From positions 70,543-134,542 of the forward strand of contig JBGSHK010000008.1 of NCBI GenBank assembly GCA_041752275.1: a stretch of DNA of 64,000 nucleotides, given 5' to 3'. Origin of the DNA: Minisyncoccia bacterium. GTDB taxonomy: Bacteria > Patescibacteriota > Minisyncoccia > Phycocordibacterales > CAIZLB01. A program made the translations under genes and the position numbers. This document shows, piece by piece, positions 8,714 through 19,303 of this stretch. Under the pieces are notes generated by a model. The model saw only the letters and a list, made by a program, of their open reading frames with translations, searched no databases and was not told the origin of the DNA. Position 1 is the first letter of the stretch. Each line of letters begins with the position of its first letter.

Positions 8714-10192
8714 ATGAATATGTCAACGAACTGGGGAGAATCAATTGTAAGTTTTGATGAGGTCTCATACTCTCATGTTAAAAATAAACCTATATTAACA
8801 GAGGCTTCATTCAACATACGTAAAAACGCCAAGATAACCCTTATGGGTCAAAACGGGGCAGGAAAGTCTACTATTTTTAAACTTATAACAGGAGAACTTG
8901 AAAACGATGAGGGAGATATAAATATAAAGAAAGATCTTACTATAGCTGTGTCTCGTCAGGTTATACCTCGCACGGAACTTGAGTTTACAGTTCGTGATTT
9001 TTTCCAAAATGTATTTGATAAAAAGATTTATGATATAGATCCTCGTATTGATGAAGTGTTGGGTATAGTACATCTAAAGGCTGATAAAGAAAAAAAGATA
9101 AAAGATTTTTCTGGAGGACAACAAGCTAGACTTTTACTTGCTCAAGCTTTGATACAAAAAGCAGATCTTATACTACTGGACGAACCTACAAACAATCTTG
9201 ATAAAGCAGGTATTGATCATTTAACAAAATTTTTAAAAGAATATACAAAAACAGTTATAGTTATTTCTCACGATGCAGACTTTTTAAATAGTTTTACTGA
9301 AGGAGTTATTTATCTTGATATACATACGCAAAAAGTTGAACAATATGTTGGTACTTATAACACGGTGGTAGCTGAGATATCAGCCCGTGTTGAAAAAGAA
9401 AGAAGAGCCAATGCTCAAGCTGAAAAGAAAATACAAGAAAATAAAGATAAAGCTAACTTCTTTGCTAACAAAGGAGGTGGTATGAGACTTGTGGCTAAGC
9501 GTATGCGTGAAGATGCAGAAGAGGCGGAAGAAAATATGGTTGATGTTAGAAGAGAAGATAAGACTATAAAACCTTTTACTATAGAATCACAACAAGATTT
9601 GTCTGGTATACTATTTTCTCTTTCATCTGTTGAAATCATGGACATACATAAAAATGATGGATCTTTAAAAACAAAAAAAGTTCATGTTGAACTTAGAAAA
9701 GGAGAGCATTTACTTTTGAAAGGACCAAATGGTATTGGTAAAACAACACTTTTGGAAAACTTAGCTGGAGGTCATGCTAAAGGTGAGGCTGTAAAAGAGG
9801 GTGTGAAGATAGGATATTATAGACAAGATTTTTCAAACTTGGATTTTGATAAATCAGCATATGACATCATAAAAGAATGTGCAGATAAAGATGACAGTGA
9901 GCATTTTATAAGAAAAACATTGGCACAGTTTTTGATAGCGGGGGATGCAGCTTATACTCCTATTGGTCGTTTGTCAGAGGGTCAAAAGGGATTAGTTGCT
10001 TTCGCTAGACTTGTGGCACTTCGCCCAGGACTGCTTATACTTGATGAGCCAACAAACCATATAAACTTCCGTCACCTTCCAGTGATAGCAGAATCTTTGA
10101 AAAAGTTTCAAGGTGCCATGATAGTGATATCTCACATGCAAGAGTTTGTTGATCAGATTGGGATTGAGACGACACTTGACCTCAGTAAATAA
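8714..10192 (+). CDS. ABC-F family ATPase
   Basis: Two ABC domains (GQNGAGKS, FSGGQQ, LLDEPTNNLD; GPNGIGKT, LSEGQK, LDEPTNH) with linker and no TM segments. Confidence 0.92.
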   Translation: MNMSTNWGESIVSFDEVSYSHVKNKPILTEASFNIRKNAKITLMGQNGAGKSTIFKLITGELENDEGDINIKKDLTIAVSRQVIPRTELEFTVRDFFQNVFDKKIYDIDPRIDEVLGIVHLKADKEKKIKDFSGGQQARLLLAQALIQKADLILLDEPTNNLDKAGIDHLTKFLKEYTKTVIVISHDADFLNSFTEGVIYLDIHTQKVEQYVGTYNTVVAEISARVEKERRANAQAEKKIQENKDKANFFANKGGGMRLVAKRMREDAEEAEENMVDVRREDKTIKPFTIESQQDLSGILFSLSSVEIMDIHKNDGSLKTKKVHVELRKGEHLLLKGPNGIGKTTLLENLAGGHAKGEAVKEGVKIGYYRQDFSNLDFDKSAYDIIKECADKDDSEHFIRKTLAQFLIAGDAAYTPIGRLSEGQKGLVAFARLVALRPGLLILDEPTNHINFRHLPVIAESLKKFQGAMIVISHMQEFVDQIGIETTLDLSK

Positions 10193-10318
10193 ATTTATAA
10201 GTTTTGATCTAGCTTTGTTTCGAAGTATTTTTTGAGAAAATCAGAATTTAGAATTTCTTTGGCAATTTTACGGTTATTCTTTATGAGAATTTCATGATTG
10301 TTTTGATATTGTTTTTAT

Positions 10319-10720
10319 ATGAATAATAAAAACTACGATCAGTGGAATATTTTAAAAAAGAGAATAAATTTTTCCCATAGAAAAATACATTATCCAAAAA
10401 TTAGAGAAATCTGGTGGATTAACATAGGTTTAAATGTTGGTTCTGAAATATATGGAAAAACAGATCAATACACTAGACCTGTTTTAATATTGAAAATACA
10501 CAATAATATGTTTATCTGTTTACCTATATCCAGTAAGATAAAAAAGGGTAGATTTAAGTTTAAGATTTATACAGATGATTTAAAGTGTCATTGTGTAATT
10601 TTTGATCAAATTCGAGTTTTTGATAGAAAAAGATTTATTAAAAGAAAGTATACAATATCTAAAAATAAATTTAAGAGAATTATAAGAAAATTTAAAAATA
10701 TGATAACCACCGGTGTTTAG
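10319..10720 (+). CDS. PemK/MazF-like endoribonuclease toxin (orphan)
   Basis: REIWWINIGLNVGSEIYGK...RPVLILK...PISSK...DQIRVFDRKRF pattern. Confidence 0.85.
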   Translation: MNNKNYDQWNILKKRINFSHRKIHYPKIREIWWINIGLNVGSEIYGKTDQYTRPVLILKIHNNMFICLPISSKIKKGRFKFKIYTDDLKCHCVIFDQIRVFDRKRFIKRKYTISKNKFKRIIRKFKNMITTGV

Positions 10721-10764
10721 TCGGTGGTTATTCGGCCCGAGGGCAAAGAGAGGTTAACTCCCAT
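10697..10764 (-). ncRNA. Candidate small RNA convergent with the pemK-like gene
   Basis: Minus-strand TTGACA (10798-10793) and TGaTATTAT (10779-10771), small hairpins, then an 11-bp stem (10703-10731) followed by a U-rich tract. Confidence 0.5.
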
Positions 10765-10818
10765 GTGTATATAATATCAAATATTCAAAGCATGTCAAAT
10801 CCGTGATATAATATAAAA

Positions 10819-12537
10819 ATGTTTAAATTCTTAAAAAGACTATTCGAGCCTGCTTTAAATAGAAAAATGAAATCATTCAAACTGGTTTCAGATGCATTTA
10901 TTTCATATCTTTGGTATGATCTTATACCTATAATATCTATTCCAATATTGATTGGTTATATAAACAATGGTGAATATGGTAACATACAAAAATTTTCTCT
11001 TATTATATTACTTATAACTATTATACTTTGGGTTGTGGGAACATTTACAGTTCGTTGGCAGGTTGATGCAAGATATGCTTATGAGATTTATTCAGTCAAC
11101 AAGTATTTTAGAAAAAGTATTTTAAAAAATCCGACTGCGATGGAAAAGATTGGTTCTGGAAAATTGCAATCTATTATAAAAACAGGTATAAGAAATTGGA
11201 CAACAGTAAACGCAAATATACTTTACGGTTTAACTCGTGTTATAACAGGTGTAGGAACAGGTATATATATCCTTATAAACTTTGATGCAAAATACATACC
11301 ATATTTTATTCTTGTAGTTATAGTTTCTTGTACAGGATATTATTATTTTGGAAAAAAGAAACTTAAACATGATGAAAGAGCTATAGATATGGAAAATGAG
11401 ATGGATAAAGATTATGTTCGTGTGATGATGTCTAGACAAGAAGTTATTTTGAGTGTGAACGAGAATAAAGAAAGTGAAAATATAATTTCCATAACAAAAA
11501 AACAATCAAAAGAGGATAGAATAAGTTCTGTTTATAAACATTTATCAGAACTCTTTACCGCAGGTATTTCAGTTATTCTGCCGGTACTCGGCGTTATGTT
11601 TATTATTCAAGACATAGAATTAAACCCTGTTAATGCGGCATTTTTAGTATCATTTATCTATTTTACGACTCGTTTTACAGGTACTTTGTATAATATGGTG
11701 TGGGTAGTAAGTCAGGTATTTGATTCTTATCCAAAAATAAAAAAGTTATGGAACTTTCTTGATGCGACTGCAGATTTTGAAAACTATTATAAAGGTGATA
11801 AGTTTCAACACGGAAATGGTTCTATAGAATTAAATAATATTAACTTTTCTTATGATGACAAAAAAATATTAGATAATTTTAATCTTAAAATAAATGGCGG
11901 GCAAAAAATAGCTTTTGTTGGAAAATCAGGCTCAGGTAAAACGACTATTGCTAAGCTTATTACTGGATTTGTAACTCCACAAGAAGGTCAAGTTCTTATA
12001 GACAGCCAAGATTTATCTCGTACTGCACTTAAGACATATTATCCTTATGTTGGGTATCTTACACAAAAACCGATGGTTTTTGATGGAACTATAAAAAATA
12101 ACTTGCTATATTCTTTATCTGATAAAGTCGCGAGTACGATAACTGATCAACAACTATATGAAGCACTTAAAAATGCAGAGTGTGATTTTATAACAGACTT
12201 AAATGCCGAAATAGGTGAAAAAGGTATAAGGCTTTCAGGTGGAGAAAGACAGAGATTGGCTATTGCAAAACTGATGCTTAAAAATCCGGAGATTATTATA
12301 CTTGATGAACCAACGTCGGCACTAGACTCGTTTTCTGAAGAAGCTATAACTCGAGCACTTGATCGTTTGTTTAAAAATAAAACAGTTATCATTATTGCAC
12401 ATAGACTACAAACTGTTAAAAAAGCAGATACTATTGTAGTACTTGAACATGGAAAGATTATTGAGCAAGGAACAAGTTTGGAGTTGATAGAAAAGGGTGG
12501 GCAGTACAAGAGAATGCTAGAATTACAAAGCTTTTAA
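10819..12537 (+). CDS. ABC exporter, fused permease/ATPase
   Basis: N-terminal TM helices; GKSGSGKT, LSGGERQRLAIA, LDEPTSALD, IAHRL. Confidence 0.93.
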   Translation: MFKFLKRLFEPALNRKMKSFKLVSDAFISYLWYDLIPIISIPILIGYINNGEYGNIQKFSLIILLITIILWVVGTFTVRWQVDARYAYEIYSVNKYFRKSILKNPTAMEKIGSGKLQSIIKTGIRNWTTVNANILYGLTRVITGVGTGIYILINFDAKYIPYFILVVIVSCTGYYYFGKKKLKHDERAIDMENEMDKDYVRVMMSRQEVILSVNENKESENIISITKKQSKEDRISSVYKHLSELFTAGISVILPVLGVMFIIQDIELNPVNAAFLVSFIYFTTRFTGTLYNMVWVVSQVFDSYPKIKKLWNFLDATADFENYYKGDKFQHGNGSIELNNINFSYDDKKILDNFNLKINGGQKIAFVGKSGSGKTTIAKLITGFVTPQEGQVLIDSQDLSRTALKTYYPYVGYLTQKPMVFDGTIKNNLLYSLSDKVASTITDQQLYEALKNAECDFITDLNAEIGEKGIRLSGGERQRLAIAKLMLKNPEIIILDEPTSALDSFSEEAITRALDRLFKNKTVIIIAHRLQTVKKADTIVVLEHGKIIEQGTSLELIEKGGQYKRMLELQSF

Positions 12538-12547
12538 TCAAAAAAAC

Positions 12548-13684
12548 ATGAAATACTTCCTCATATCAACATTTATACTCATAAACATTTTAACTCTAAA
12601 ACCTGCGCACGCAGAAGAGTTATATGTTGACTATCAAGGTACTTTTAAGGCCAAGATTTTAACAATATCAGAAGGTAGAGAAGAAAATATAGGCTTCTCT
12701 GATGTCTTGGCAAAATATCAAAACCTGGAAGTTAAGTTTTTAAACGGACCTAAGAAAGATCAAACTATAGCTTTTGAATCTGATTTTCCAAATATAAAAG
12801 AAGGTCAAAAAATATATATAAATTACAATATAAACTCTGGAAATGATGTTTACACTATTACAAATATAGATAGAGTAAATTCTATATTATTTTTTGTATT
12901 ACTTTTTATATTGATAATAATATTGTTCGGTGGCTGGCAAGGTTTTAGATCCGTCATCTCTCTAGGTTTTTCTTTTGTTGCGATATTTTACATACTTTTA
13001 CCAATACTTCTAAAAGGTTATAACCCTATATTGTCGAGTTTTGTCATAGCTGCTGCTATACTGTTTTTAGCCATATTTTTCACACATGGTTTTAACAAAG
13101 AGTCAGGCGTTGCTTATGGTGGAACCATGATAGCTGTATTACTTACATCTCTCCTGGCCATGGCTGCTGTTAAAATAACAAATCTTTCAGGTTTTACAGG
13201 TGATGAGTCAACGTATCTAAATATGAATACTGGAGGTGTACTTGATTTCTCCGGCTTGCTCTTGGCAGCTATGATAGTTGGTGTACTAGGAGTATTGGAT
13301 GATATTGCTGTGACGCAAGCATCTGTAGTGACTGAACTTTTCCACACAGATAGATCTTTGACCAGAAGACAAGTTTATCTCAAAGCTATAAGGGTTGGAA
13401 AAGAGCATGTGTCAGCTTTGGTAAATACTTTAGTCTTGGCTTATGTTGGTACAGCTTTACCTTTGTTACTTCTCATAAAAACATATGGATATGATATGCA
13501 AACAATACTCAATATGGAAGGTGTTTCAACCGAGATTATAAGAGCTATAGTTGGAAGTATTGGTTTGATTATGACTGTACCTATTGTGACTTTGCTGGCT
13601 GTGTTTTATTTGAAAAATTATGAACATAAGAAAGATAGAAAAGGGCATGGGCATAGTCACTCTCACAGTCACTCACACCAATAA
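12548..13684 (+). CDS. YibE/F family membrane protein with His-rich tail
   Basis: GVLDDIAVTQAS, VNTLVLAYVG, EIIRAIVGSIGL; C-terminal HGHSHSHSHSH. Confidence 0.85.
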   Translation: MKYFLISTFILINILTLKPAHAEELYVDYQGTFKAKILTISEGREENIGFSDVLAKYQNLEVKFLNGPKKDQTIAFESDFPNIKEGQKIYINYNINSGNDVYTITNIDRVNSILFFVLLFILIIILFGGWQGFRSVISLGFSFVAIFYILLPILLKGYNPILSSFVIAAAILFLAIFFTHGFNKESGVAYGGTMIAVLLTSLLAMAAVKITNLSGFTGDESTYLNMNTGGVLDFSGLLLAAMIVGVLGVLDDIAVTQASVVTELFHTDRSLTRRQVYLKAIRVGKEHVSALVNTLVLAYVGTALPLLLLIKTYGYDMQTILNMEGVSTEIIRAIVGSIGLIMTVPIVTLLAVFYLKNYEHKKDRKGHGHSHSHSHSHQ

Positions 13685-13727
13685 AATATTTTCAAAATAG
13701 TCAAAAAAAGGTTATAATATAACCAAC

Positions 13728-16010
13728 ATGCGACTAAAATCAATTCACATCATCGGTTATAAATCCTTTGCAAAAAAGACTGATTTAGTTTTTAATACAC
13801 CTATCACTTCGATCGTAGGACCAAACGGATCTGGAAAATCAAACGTAGTAGAAGCTTTTCGTTTTGTTTTAGGCGAGCAATCTTTGAGATCTATGCGAGG
13901 TAAAAAGGGTGAGGATATGATTTTTAACGGTGGACGAGATCTTTCTAAGTCTAACCGTGCGTCAGTTAAAATAGTTTTCGACAATAGACTACTTGAAGAA
14001 AACGCTGAGTTCAATAGACTTTTTAACACACATAGCTTTGATGAGGTAACTATAGAAAGAGCTGTAAACAGAGATGGAACAAATGAGTATAGTATAAACG
14101 GCAACTCAGTCCGTCTTCGTGACATCATAGAGCTTTTAGCTGAGGCTAACATTGGTTCATCAGGACATCACATCATCTCTCAAGGTGAAGCAGATAGACT
14201 TCTATCATCATCAAACAAAGATAGAAAAGAAATGATAGAGGAAGCACTTGGTCTTAAACTTTATCAATACAGAAAAGAAGAATCACAAAAAAGACTTGTT
14301 AAAACCGAAGAGCATATGAAAGAGGTTGAGTCTTTAAGACGTGAGCTTGCACCACACATTAGATTTTTAAAAAAGCAGATTGAGAAAATAGAAAAAGCAC
14401 GAGAGATCAGAGATGAATTAAAAAATCTGTACAAAGAGTATTTTGCATATGAAAAAGTTTTTCTTGATTCAGAGAAAAATGATATTAAAGAGTCTCGTAT
14501 ATCTCCAGAGCAAGAGTTGTCAAGTCTTGATAGTAAGTTGACAGAGGTAAAAAAAATATTGGCTCAAAATCAAACATCAACAGAGTTTACAAATGAGTTG
14601 TTTGAACTAGAGGGTGAACTTAAAAATATTCGTTTTAATAAAGAAGAACTATCTCGTTCTATGGGACGCTTTGAAGGTGAGATAAACTATATAAATAAAA
14701 ACATAGATAAAAGAAAGTTAGATCTTGAAAATAAAGACAATACAGATATAAAAGTTTCATTTTTCGAAATAAAAAACCTTATAAATAAAATAAAAACTGT
14801 TTTAGGTGATATAAAATCAGGAGTGTACAAAGATGAGTCTGAAATAAAACAAGTATCAAATGATCTTATAAACGAGTGTGAATCTTATGTAAAATCAAAA
14901 AATAATGAAGGAGAAAAGGTTGATTTTGAAACTGACTATAATGAAATAGATCGTATAAAACTTTTGATTGTAAATATAGAAGATGACATTAAGGCTTTAA
15001 ACGATAAAGAGGTTAATATTTTAGAAAAATATACAGAAACAAAAAATAAAATAGAATCATTTAAAAATGAAAATGTTGAAGCTGAAAAAGACTTGTTAAA
15101 AGTTATGTCTCGTAAACACGAAATACAGTCAGAGTTGGATAAACTAAAAGTTCGTGAAATCGCCTTTACAGAAAGAAATGCAGAATACGAAAGAGATATG
15201 ATGGAGGCTACAGCAATTATTGGTGTTGAGGCTATAAGATTTGATGATATACAAGCTCATGATTTTGATAAACAAAAACAACATGATAGAAAGTATCAAG
15301 TTGAAAAGTTCAAGATAAGACTTGAAGAGCTTGGTGGTGCAGGTGATGAGTTGGTTGTTAGGGAATATAATGAAGTGAATGAAAGAGATGAATTTTTACT
15401 AAAAGAGATGGAAGACTTGACTAAGTCCATGCAAGATCTGGAACAGCTTATAGCTGAAGTTATTGAACAAATAAATAATCTTTTCAATGAAGGTGTTAAA
15501 AAAATAAACCTACAGTTCTCAACATTTTTCAAACAAATGTTTGGAGGAGGAGAGGCAAGACTTGTTGTTACTGAAGAAAAGAAAAGAAAGAAAAGAATAA
15601 CAGATATAGATGATGAGGATATGGAAGAGGAAGTTGATGAAAATGAAACTAAAGAGTTTGGTATAGATGTGTTTGTTTCTCTTCCTCATAAAAAACTAAA
15701 GGGACTGTCTATGCTTTCAGGTGGTGAAAGAGCTCTTACTTCTATAGCGTTGCTGTTTGCTATGAGTCAGGTAAATCCACCACCGTTTATAATACTTGAT
15801 GAAACTGATGCGGCACTTGATGAGGCTAACTCAAGGCGTTATGGTGACATGATAGAGCTTTTGTCTAAGCACTCTGAACTTATACTAGTAACTCATAACA
15901 GAGAGACTATGAGTAGGGCAGGAGTGCTGTACGGAGTTACTATGGGTAGTGTTGGGTATTCACAGTTGTTATCGATAGGTTTTGAGGAGGCGTCACTTAA
16001 TGCTAAATAG
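13728..16010 (+). CDS. smc: Chromosome segregation protein SMC (short form)
   Basis: GYKSFA, VGPNGSGKSN, ISQG, LSGGERALTS, LDETDAALDEAN, VTHN; only 760 aa. Confidence 0.9.
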   Translation: MRLKSIHIIGYKSFAKKTDLVFNTPITSIVGPNGSGKSNVVEAFRFVLGEQSLRSMRGKKGEDMIFNGGRDLSKSNRASVKIVFDNRLLEENAEFNRLFNTHSFDEVTIERAVNRDGTNEYSINGNSVRLRDIIELLAEANIGSSGHHIISQGEADRLLSSSNKDRKEMIEEALGLKLYQYRKEESQKRLVKTEEHMKEVESLRRELAPHIRFLKKQIEKIEKAREIRDELKNLYKEYFAYEKVFLDSEKNDIKESRISPEQELSSLDSKLTEVKKILAQNQTSTEFTNELFELEGELKNIRFNKEELSRSMGRFEGEINYINKNIDKRKLDLENKDNTDIKVSFFEIKNLINKIKTVLGDIKSGVYKDESEIKQVSNDLINECESYVKSKNNEGEKVDFETDYNEIDRIKLLIVNIEDDIKALNDKEVNILEKYTETKNKIESFKNENVEAEKDLLKVMSRKHEIQSELDKLKVREIAFTERNAEYERDMMEATAIIGVEAIRFDDIQAHDFDKQKQHDRKYQVEKFKIRLEELGGAGDELVVREYNEVNERDEFLLKEMEDLTKSMQDLEQLIAEVIEQINNLFNEGVKKINLQFSTFFKQMFGGGEARLVVTEEKKRKKRITDIDDEDMEEEVDENETKEFGIDVFVSLPHKKLKGLSMLSGGERALTSIALLFAMSQVNPPPFIILDETDAALDEANSRRYGDMIELLSKHSELILVTHNRETMSRAGVLYGVTMGSVGYSQLLSIGFEEASLNAK

Positions 16011-16020
16011 AAGCCTCTCA

Positions 16021-16057
16021 AAAAAAAGTCTTCCAAGAAATGAAGACTATTTTTTTG
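16021..16057. terminator. Bidirectional intrinsic terminator between smc and rnr
   Basis: A-tract, AGTCTTC...GAAGACT stem, T-tract between convergent genes. Confidence 0.7.
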
Positions 16058-16104
16058 TTCGGATTTAGAGGATCTTGTTTCGAAAATAAATTTTAGTATA
16101 AACC

Positions 16105-18093
16105 TTACATCAACACCAAAAAATCAATCGTTTTCAAATCCATATCAACACCACGAAGTTTTACTCTAACTTTGTCTCCGAGACTTATGACTTTTTTTCC
16201 ATCTTGTGATTTTACAAGATAACTTTTTTTATCAACTTCCCAAAAATTATTTTCTCCTAGATCTTTCAAACGTATCAAACCTTCAGCAAGTGACTCCGGT
16301 TCTTGTATAAAAACTCCAAAGTCAGATATACCTGAAACTGTACAGTCAAACTCTTGTCCTATTTTATTAGATAAGTACTCAACTTGCTTATATTTGGTAC
16401 TTGCTCTTTCAGCCTCAGCGGCTTTAACTTCTTGAGAAGATGAATGTTCACAAATCTTGTCTAGGGACGCAAGGTATACAGGGGATAGTTTTTGATTATC
16501 TAGTAGTTTAGATAGTATACGATGTACACAAAGGTCAGGATAACGACGTATAGGGGAAGTGAAGTGTGTATAAAACTCAAAACCAAGACCAAAGTGCCCT
16601 ATGTTATTTGTTTGATACACTGCTTTCGCCATAGAGCGAAGAGTTGCTGTTTTTATGATTGTTTCAGATGGTAAACCAATACATTGCTGCAAAAGTTTCT
16701 GTATGTCTCTACTATGTATGTTTTTGTGAGGACTGAAATCAAGTCCAAGAGCATTAACAAATATAGATAGGTCAAGTATTTTCTCAGAGTCTGGAAGATC
16801 ATGGACACGATATACTCCGGGTAACTTTTTATTTCCCTCAACGTTGTGTGTAAATATATAGAGTGCTGTTTCTCTGTTAGCCAAAAGCATAAACTCTTCA
16901 ACAAGGTGATTTGTCCATATTCTCTCTTTTTTATACACCTGCGTTGGGAAGCCTTTGTCATCTAACACAAACTTAATCTCATCAGTTTCAAAATCTATTG
17001 CCCCAGCTTTTTTTCTTTCTGCATTTAGTATCTTTGAAAAACGAGATAGTTCAAACAGTTCTGGATACTCTGACTCATCGCCTTTATCAAGTACCGCCTG
17101 CGCCTCTTCATATGAAAATCTTTTATCTGAATGTATTATAGACTTTGATATTTTTTTACTTATTATATGACCTTCTTGATTCATTTCAAAAACTGTAGAA
17201 AATGCATATCTATCCTCGTTCGGGTTTAGTGAACAAAAACCATTTGAAAGCACTTCAGGAAGCATGGGTATGGTTCTATCTACTAGATATACCGAGAAAG
17301 CTCTGTCTTTAGCTTCATCATCGAGCGCGTTGCCTGGTCTAACAAAATGAGACACATCAGCTATGTGTATTCCAATCTCAACATTGCCATTATCAAGTTT
17401 GCGAAAAGATAGAGCATCATCAAAATCTTTTGCATCAACTGGGTCTATGGTACATGTAAAAACTCCTCTCATATCAAGTCTTTTCGAAACTTCTTCCTCT
17501 GTTATTTTTCCATATTCTTCCACAGCAGCTTTAGCATCTATCTCTGTTTGAGGATTATGTTCAACACTAAAACCAAAATCAGCCACTATAGAATGCATCT
17601 CAGCATTGTTTTCACCTTTGTCTCCAAAAACTTGAGACACATTTCCATAAAAAGTTCTCACTACAGTTATGTCTGTATATCCGCGATCATTGACAGATTT
17701 ATTGACTGTAACTTTTGGATTTTTTGTAAAGTCTAAAGTAACTAGTATTTTTTTATTTACAGCTATTTCAAAACCTTTAGGGTTTTGTATTTCAAATGAG
17801 CAATTTAATTTATTGTTGTCAGGTATTGCAATAATAACATTATCCTTGATTTCTTTGACTGTTGCAGAAAAGTCAGTTTTATATCTTTCTATAATTTTAA
17901 CAACTTTACCTTCTATTTCACCCCATTTGTTAGGTCTTGGAAATGTTTCTATTTCAACTTTGTCTTGTGGAAGAGAAGAGTCTATAAAGTTGTGGGGGAT
18001 TGCTATATCTTTTTCATCTTTGTTTGACTTTTCTTTTCTTAAAAACCCTTTACCTTTATTGTTTAATATTAGTTGACCTATGAATCGATGCAT
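16105..18093 (-). CDS. rnr: Ribonuclease R
   Basis: TIDPVDAKDFDDA, HIADVSHFV, EEFMLLAN, HFGLG..YTHFTSPIRRYPD, C-terminal S1. Confidence 0.95.
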   Translation of the reverse strand: MHRFIGQLILNNKGKGFLRKEKSNKDEKDIAIPHNFIDSSLPQDKVEIETFPRPNKWGEIEGKVVKIIERYKTDFSATVKEIKDNVIIAIPDNNKLNCSFEIQNPKGFEIAVNKKILVTLDFTKNPKVTVNKSVNDRGYTDITVVRTFYGNVSQVFGDKGENNAEMHSIVADFGFSVEHNPQTEIDAKAAVEEYGKITEEEVSKRLDMRGVFTCTIDPVDAKDFDDALSFRKLDNGNVEIGIHIADVSHFVRPGNALDDEAKDRAFSVYLVDRTIPMLPEVLSNGFCSLNPNEDRYAFSTVFEMNQEGHIISKKISKSIIHSDKRFSYEEAQAVLDKGDESEYPELFELSRFSKILNAERKKAGAIDFETDEIKFVLDDKGFPTQVYKKERIWTNHLVEEFMLLANRETALYIFTHNVEGNKKLPGVYRVHDLPDSEKILDLSIFVNALGLDFSPHKNIHSRDIQKLLQQCIGLPSETIIKTATLRSMAKAVYQTNNIGHFGLGFEFYTHFTSPIRRYPDLCVHRILSKLLDNQKLSPVYLASLDKICEHSSSQEVKAAEAERASTKYKQVEYLSNKIGQEFDCTVSGISDFGVFIQEPESLAEGLIRLKDLGENNFWEVDKKSYLVKSQDGKKVISLGDKVRVKLRGVDMDLKTIDFLVLM

Positions 18094-18106
18094 TTATTTT
18101 TTTATT

Positions 18107-19291
18107 TTAAAGTATTTTTTTAATATATTCTATCAAGTTTTGCAACTCAACACTTTCTTGTGATAAGTTTTTCATATTACGAACCATTACTGAGTTTTGC
18201 AAGGATTCTTTATGTCCAACAAGTAACAGGTATGGCACATTTAGTTTTTCTGCATATTGTAATTGCATAGATATTTTATCTTTTGATAAATCATGATGTA
18301 TAAGTATGTTGGCATGATGCAACATGTCTAAAACATGAAGTGTTTTAAAACGAGCCTCATTACCGAATTGTGCATAAAAAAACTTTACATCATGATCATC
18401 TATTGATTTTATTGAAGTTAAAGGTTTAAGATTTTTAGATATATTCTTTAAACCTTCTATATATACACTCAGTGTAGGTATTTCTTTTTTTCCAAGTATT
18501 TTTTTAGAAATTATGTCATGTCTACCTCCTTTTATTGTTAACACAGGTTTTGCTTCATCTGCATTTTGAACTCTAAAAATAATACCTGAATATAAGTCAG
18601 AGCTATTAAATAGAAAAGTATTTATTTTAAAATTTAGGTTTAGATTTTCTATGTATTCTAATATATCTTTAAACTCTAATCTAGATATTTCAGATAAATA
18701 ATCTATTGGATTCGGTATTGAAATATCCTCTTTCACACCTTTTTTATTTTCAGAAATTATATTTACATTTTCAAGTTCAGCAAAAGCTGCATATATATTT
18801 TTTTTAGATAATAACAATATGTTTTTGGGAATATTCTTTTGATTTTTTTTGAAAAATTGATTTAATTCTTTATTAAATTTTTGAACAGATTCTTTGTCAC
18901 CGATAAAGTTTATATCAACTACAATATTAGATTTTTTACCATACATTTCTTGCATTATTGAATAAGCAGTTTGCACTACCATTGCATCATATATATTTTT
19001 TTTAGTACCTACTATGTGATATACAAAATTATTTTCGTCTTTACTATATGCTATACTTGCAGGAAATTGAAAACCTTCAAATTTTTTATCAATAACTTTC
19101 TTTTGAAAAGAAAGTGTATCTATTAGATTCTCTTGATCATATTTTGACAATAATTTTTTTTCTAAATTTGTGTATTCAGGTTTCTGAGTATGTCTAAAAC
19201 CAAAATGCTGTAATATTTTAAATATTCTATAATGGTTTGGTAAAACACTTTCAATTGTTGTTATTTTTTTTGTGATTACAATTTTTTTCAT
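18107..19291 (-). CDS. Degenerate histidyl-tRNA synthetase-like protein
   Basis: YSGIIF and KGGRHD remnants plus a C-terminal anticodon-binding domain (QLQYAEKLNVPYLLLVG); motif 2 not recognisable. Confidence 0.7.
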   Translation of the reverse strand: MKKIVITKKITTIESVLPNHYRIFKILQHFGFRHTQKPEYTNLEKKLLSKYDQENLIDTLSFQKKVIDKKFEGFQFPASIAYSKDENNFVYHIVGTKKNIYDAMVVQTAYSIMQEMYGKKSNIVVDINFIGDKESVQKFNKELNQFFKKNQKNIPKNILLLSKKNIYAAFAELENVNIISENKKGVKEDISIPNPIDYLSEISRLEFKDILEYIENLNLNFKINTFLFNSSDLYSGIIFRVQNADEAKPVLTIKGGRHDIISKKILGKKEIPTLSVYIEGLKNISKNLKPLTSIKSIDDHDVKFFYAQFGNEARFKTLHVLDMLHHANILIHHDLSKDKISMQLQYAEKLNVPYLLLVGHKESLQNSVMVRNMKNLSQESVELQNLIEYIKKIL

Positions 19292-19303
19292 ATTTTTATT
19301 TTA

